Below are positions 61,263 to 64,000 of a DNA stretch of 64,000 bases, one piece after another. The DNA lies in NCBI GenBank assembly GCA_964187785.1, contig OZ076409.1:5210001-5274000 (forward strand), in the 5' to 3' direction. The stretch's first letter is position 1. Each line of letters opens with the position of its first letter. The translations under genes and the position numbers were made by a program. Source of the stretch: Amphiscolops sp. MND2022 (lineage: Eukaryota). The notes below the pieces were generated by a model. That model had not been told where the DNA came from and made no database searches. It saw only the letters and a program-made list of their open reading frames with translations.

Positions 61263-61974
61263 TGTAACGTCAAGCTAACAGCTACATTCCAGAACCGGGA
61301 CAATGCCCAGGTTGCCTTAACAAGAGACCAGTGTCTTACAACAACCTAAACATTAGTTTTTGGTCCCAAATGGTCTCTGTAAGGACTTTTCCAAGACGCC
61401 GAGGAGACTCCTCATATTAGAGCTCCGTGGCGACGTGCCGGCACACTCAAAGTCCGGACACGTCCCACAAGCACGTAAAAACGGTCCTAAAGGCTTCCTG
61501 CGATCCTACATACCTCCGAGGTCTGAAAACAGGGGTTTAGTCAGAGCACATCTCAATTAAGTGAATAACGTCTAAAATCAACACCTTCCAGGTTTACCAT
61601 TAACAAACACCTGAAAATCTGCCAAAATACTACAAACCAGCACTGGGGAGGCATTCTGAACAGTTCTCAGCGAGTTTTGAGCTTTGGGTTCAACTCACGC
61701 AAAAATCGCACCTTCTTCTTCATCTCTTTTCCGGCTCATTCTTGCGATTTTCCGGTTTTGATGGCACAACACTGGGGTATTGGCTAGTTTCTGCTTCTGA
61801 ATATCTTCTTTCGCTGCTTTTCGGTCTTCTCTGTGGTCTGGGGGGTCTTTTTTTGCGTTGTGTGTGCTTCCTTTTCGATTTCAACGACCTGCTAGGTCGG
61901 CCATTTTGATTCGCACACTTTTTGGGTATTCTTCGAATTTTTGAAAATTTTGACCTTGACTGGTGGACGTTACA
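61263..61974 (-). repeat. 5' LTR
   Basis: Matches 46897-47609. Confidence 0.97.
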
Positions 61975-63864
61975 AAAGTATTTGGTAGGCGTTTTATCGG
62001 CAAATATTTCCAAGGCAAATACTTTTTATACCATTTGAGATTTTGAATTTTAAAAAATAATGAAATTAGGATCAAACCGTCCACAAAAAAATGGGACGAT
62101 TTTTTTTCGCTTTCATTTCCTTATGAGGAAAAAGATACTGACTCGGCCGAGTTTTTTTCACTTTTTACCAGGTTTCAAATTTTCACCCAATAGGAGAAGG
62201 TTTTGTCACGTAATTCAACGGCAAAAATAAATGCTTTAGGCAAGTTTGGAGGAGAAAATTTCGTGGAACTCATCAGCCACAAACTTGAACAATAAAGCAA
62301 ATGGCTCCAGGGAAAACATTTTCATAGAGAAATCATCAGCGTTTTCGATCGTTAGATCATTTTTTGTAAATTTTGTAGTGTACCGATTACGCTCGAGGGC
62401 TGAAAAATATTACAGGAATACAGAAAACGAAATTCAAACTTTTCCAGAGGTTGAAACATCATTTTTACCCTTTCACTGACATTTAGTTCGAGTAGAAAGG
62501 CTATCATGCCACTGTGTTGTGAAAAATTTACGCAATCCTTGTCCGAACTCGTTTGCAACGTTCTTCAACAAGTGGGGGTGGTTTTCTCTGAAAACGACGA
62601 GTTTCGATTCATTTTAATTTTTATCTTCAATTTTGAATTGCAAAGGAGAGATGCAATTTAGCCCCGAAATTGACTTCACGCATTTTCGTGCCGTCCCAAT
62701 GTTTGCTTTTTTGGTTATTCGGTATTCATCTTTTTTCCCACCCCTAGATTGTAGTGAAATTAACCCAAGACATTCCGTGGCGTTTTTCGCATTCGTGTAG
62801 CCGTCGCACAAAGAACACCTCGTATTGCAGTATTTTTCCGATTGTAGAAAATCTTAACCTTGTCCCAAGATCTTGCATATTCTTACATATTCCCGTTTAC
62901 TCTTGAAAGTCTTGATAAGATGTTGTTTATTCTTGCTTCACACAAACCTTCTGAAGTATTTGATGGAAATATTGGTAACAGTCGTATCAAGAGTGTAGAG
63001 TAAATCAATTTTGTTTACAATTACTTTGCTCTTGTTCGCTTTACAAGCTACACCATCATTCTTTGAAATGTTGGTTATTTGACAACCCAATGTACGGAAA
63101 TCCAGTACGTGATAGCTGGGTTGGTAGTTTGAACGTCTCCGACAAATTAGGTACACTGATCAAGCCGTACTTGACGTAGGTTTTTGTTTCTTTTCATTCA
63201 CCTTTGTTATCTTTTCTCTTGAAATTTTGGGCAAGATCTTACAAGATTGTACTTCATCTTGCGCTTTTGATAACCACCTGGCCAAAATTTTCACGAAGGG
63301 TTCACGAAAATGCAAAATTGTTATCAAGAGTTTCAAACAATTTCATACTGGGTTGCGGCTAAATCGTCTTGAGACCGGATCACTGTTTTTTGAGACCGGA
63401 TCCGAAATCGATCATTGATTTGAATTTTTCTCGTTTGTTTTACTTTCATCATGAATGGCTTTTAACGGTTGCCTCCGTCAAAGAACGTCAAGGAAGAGGG
63501 CCAACTTTTTTATTATGGCCATTGGTCTCCATATTTGAATCGTCGTCGATCTAGTTTTCCGTTGCGGTCGATTCTTCTCGTTAATGCTCGGGAAGACATT
63601 TCTACATACTTCACTGGAATGGAGAAGCTTCTCGCGGGTTTTTCTGCCTTCTGCCGGACTTTTTTGCAGATGCTGATGAGTACAGTTGTCTGTGCCAGAA
63701 ACCGTACAGCTTTTCGCCAGCTTTATGTTGCAAACTGGCTTTGCTTTCAGTACAAAAAATCTGGTCGCCATTACATTTGGAACGGAATGTGTCTTCTTCG
63801 TTTGCGACTGCAATCTTGATTGTTTCTTTTTTCTCCATGTGTGTATTTTTCTCCAACCCCGGCG

Positions 63865-64000
63865 TTTTTAGTCGGCGCTTTTCGTAGAAAACGCAGACTG
63901 TAGTAGTGACTTTTCTTGTTTTTTAAGACCAACGAAGTGACAGATTTCATAAGCTTTATAAGCTGACTTGCTGCACTAACACTAACTGCCACTCTACACC
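63865..64000 (+). mobile_element. HINE-like element, 5' end (runs out of the window)
   Basis: TTTTTAGTCGGCGCTTTTCGTAGAAAACGCAGACTGTAGTAGTGAC. Confidence 0.6.

Larger units (their letters stand above)
46897..61974 (-). mobile_element. Giant (15.1 kb) Ty3/Gypsy LTR retrotransposon
   Basis: 713/712-bp LTRs with TGTAACGTC...GACGTTACA ends and about 3 visible differences; PBS, PPT-like tract and a gag-PR-RT-RH-INT polyprotein; flanks AAAA / AAAG (imperfect TSD). Confidence 0.95.

Overview
AT-rich eukaryotic (probably invertebrate animal) intergenic DNA made almost entirely of transposable elements. I found no recognisable host gene, and there is one 200-N scaffold gap (37743-37942). Main contents: (1) a 5.3 kb Mag-like Gypsy LTR retrotransposon (15264-20549, minus strand, defective); (2) an apparently intact two-ORF CR1/L2-group LINE (about 28.6-32.8 kb); (3) a defective Tc1 transposon (32911-34632) whose transposase is split by a 502 bp GT-AG-bounded insert; (4) a very large, young 15 kb Gypsy element (46897-61974, minus strand). 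The last encodes a ~3100-codon polyprotein that appears to carry a tandem pseudo-protease plus protease, a dUTPase-like fold and, after integrase, an AT-hook-like motif, a Cys cluster and one or two TARG1/OARD1-like macrodomains. This is the most unusual feature of the window. The rest is filled by at least 12 copies of a Helentron/DINE-1-like non-autonomous element, several MITE families, a tRNA-derived SINE and local duplications. All domain calls come from motif recognition by eye, not from searches.
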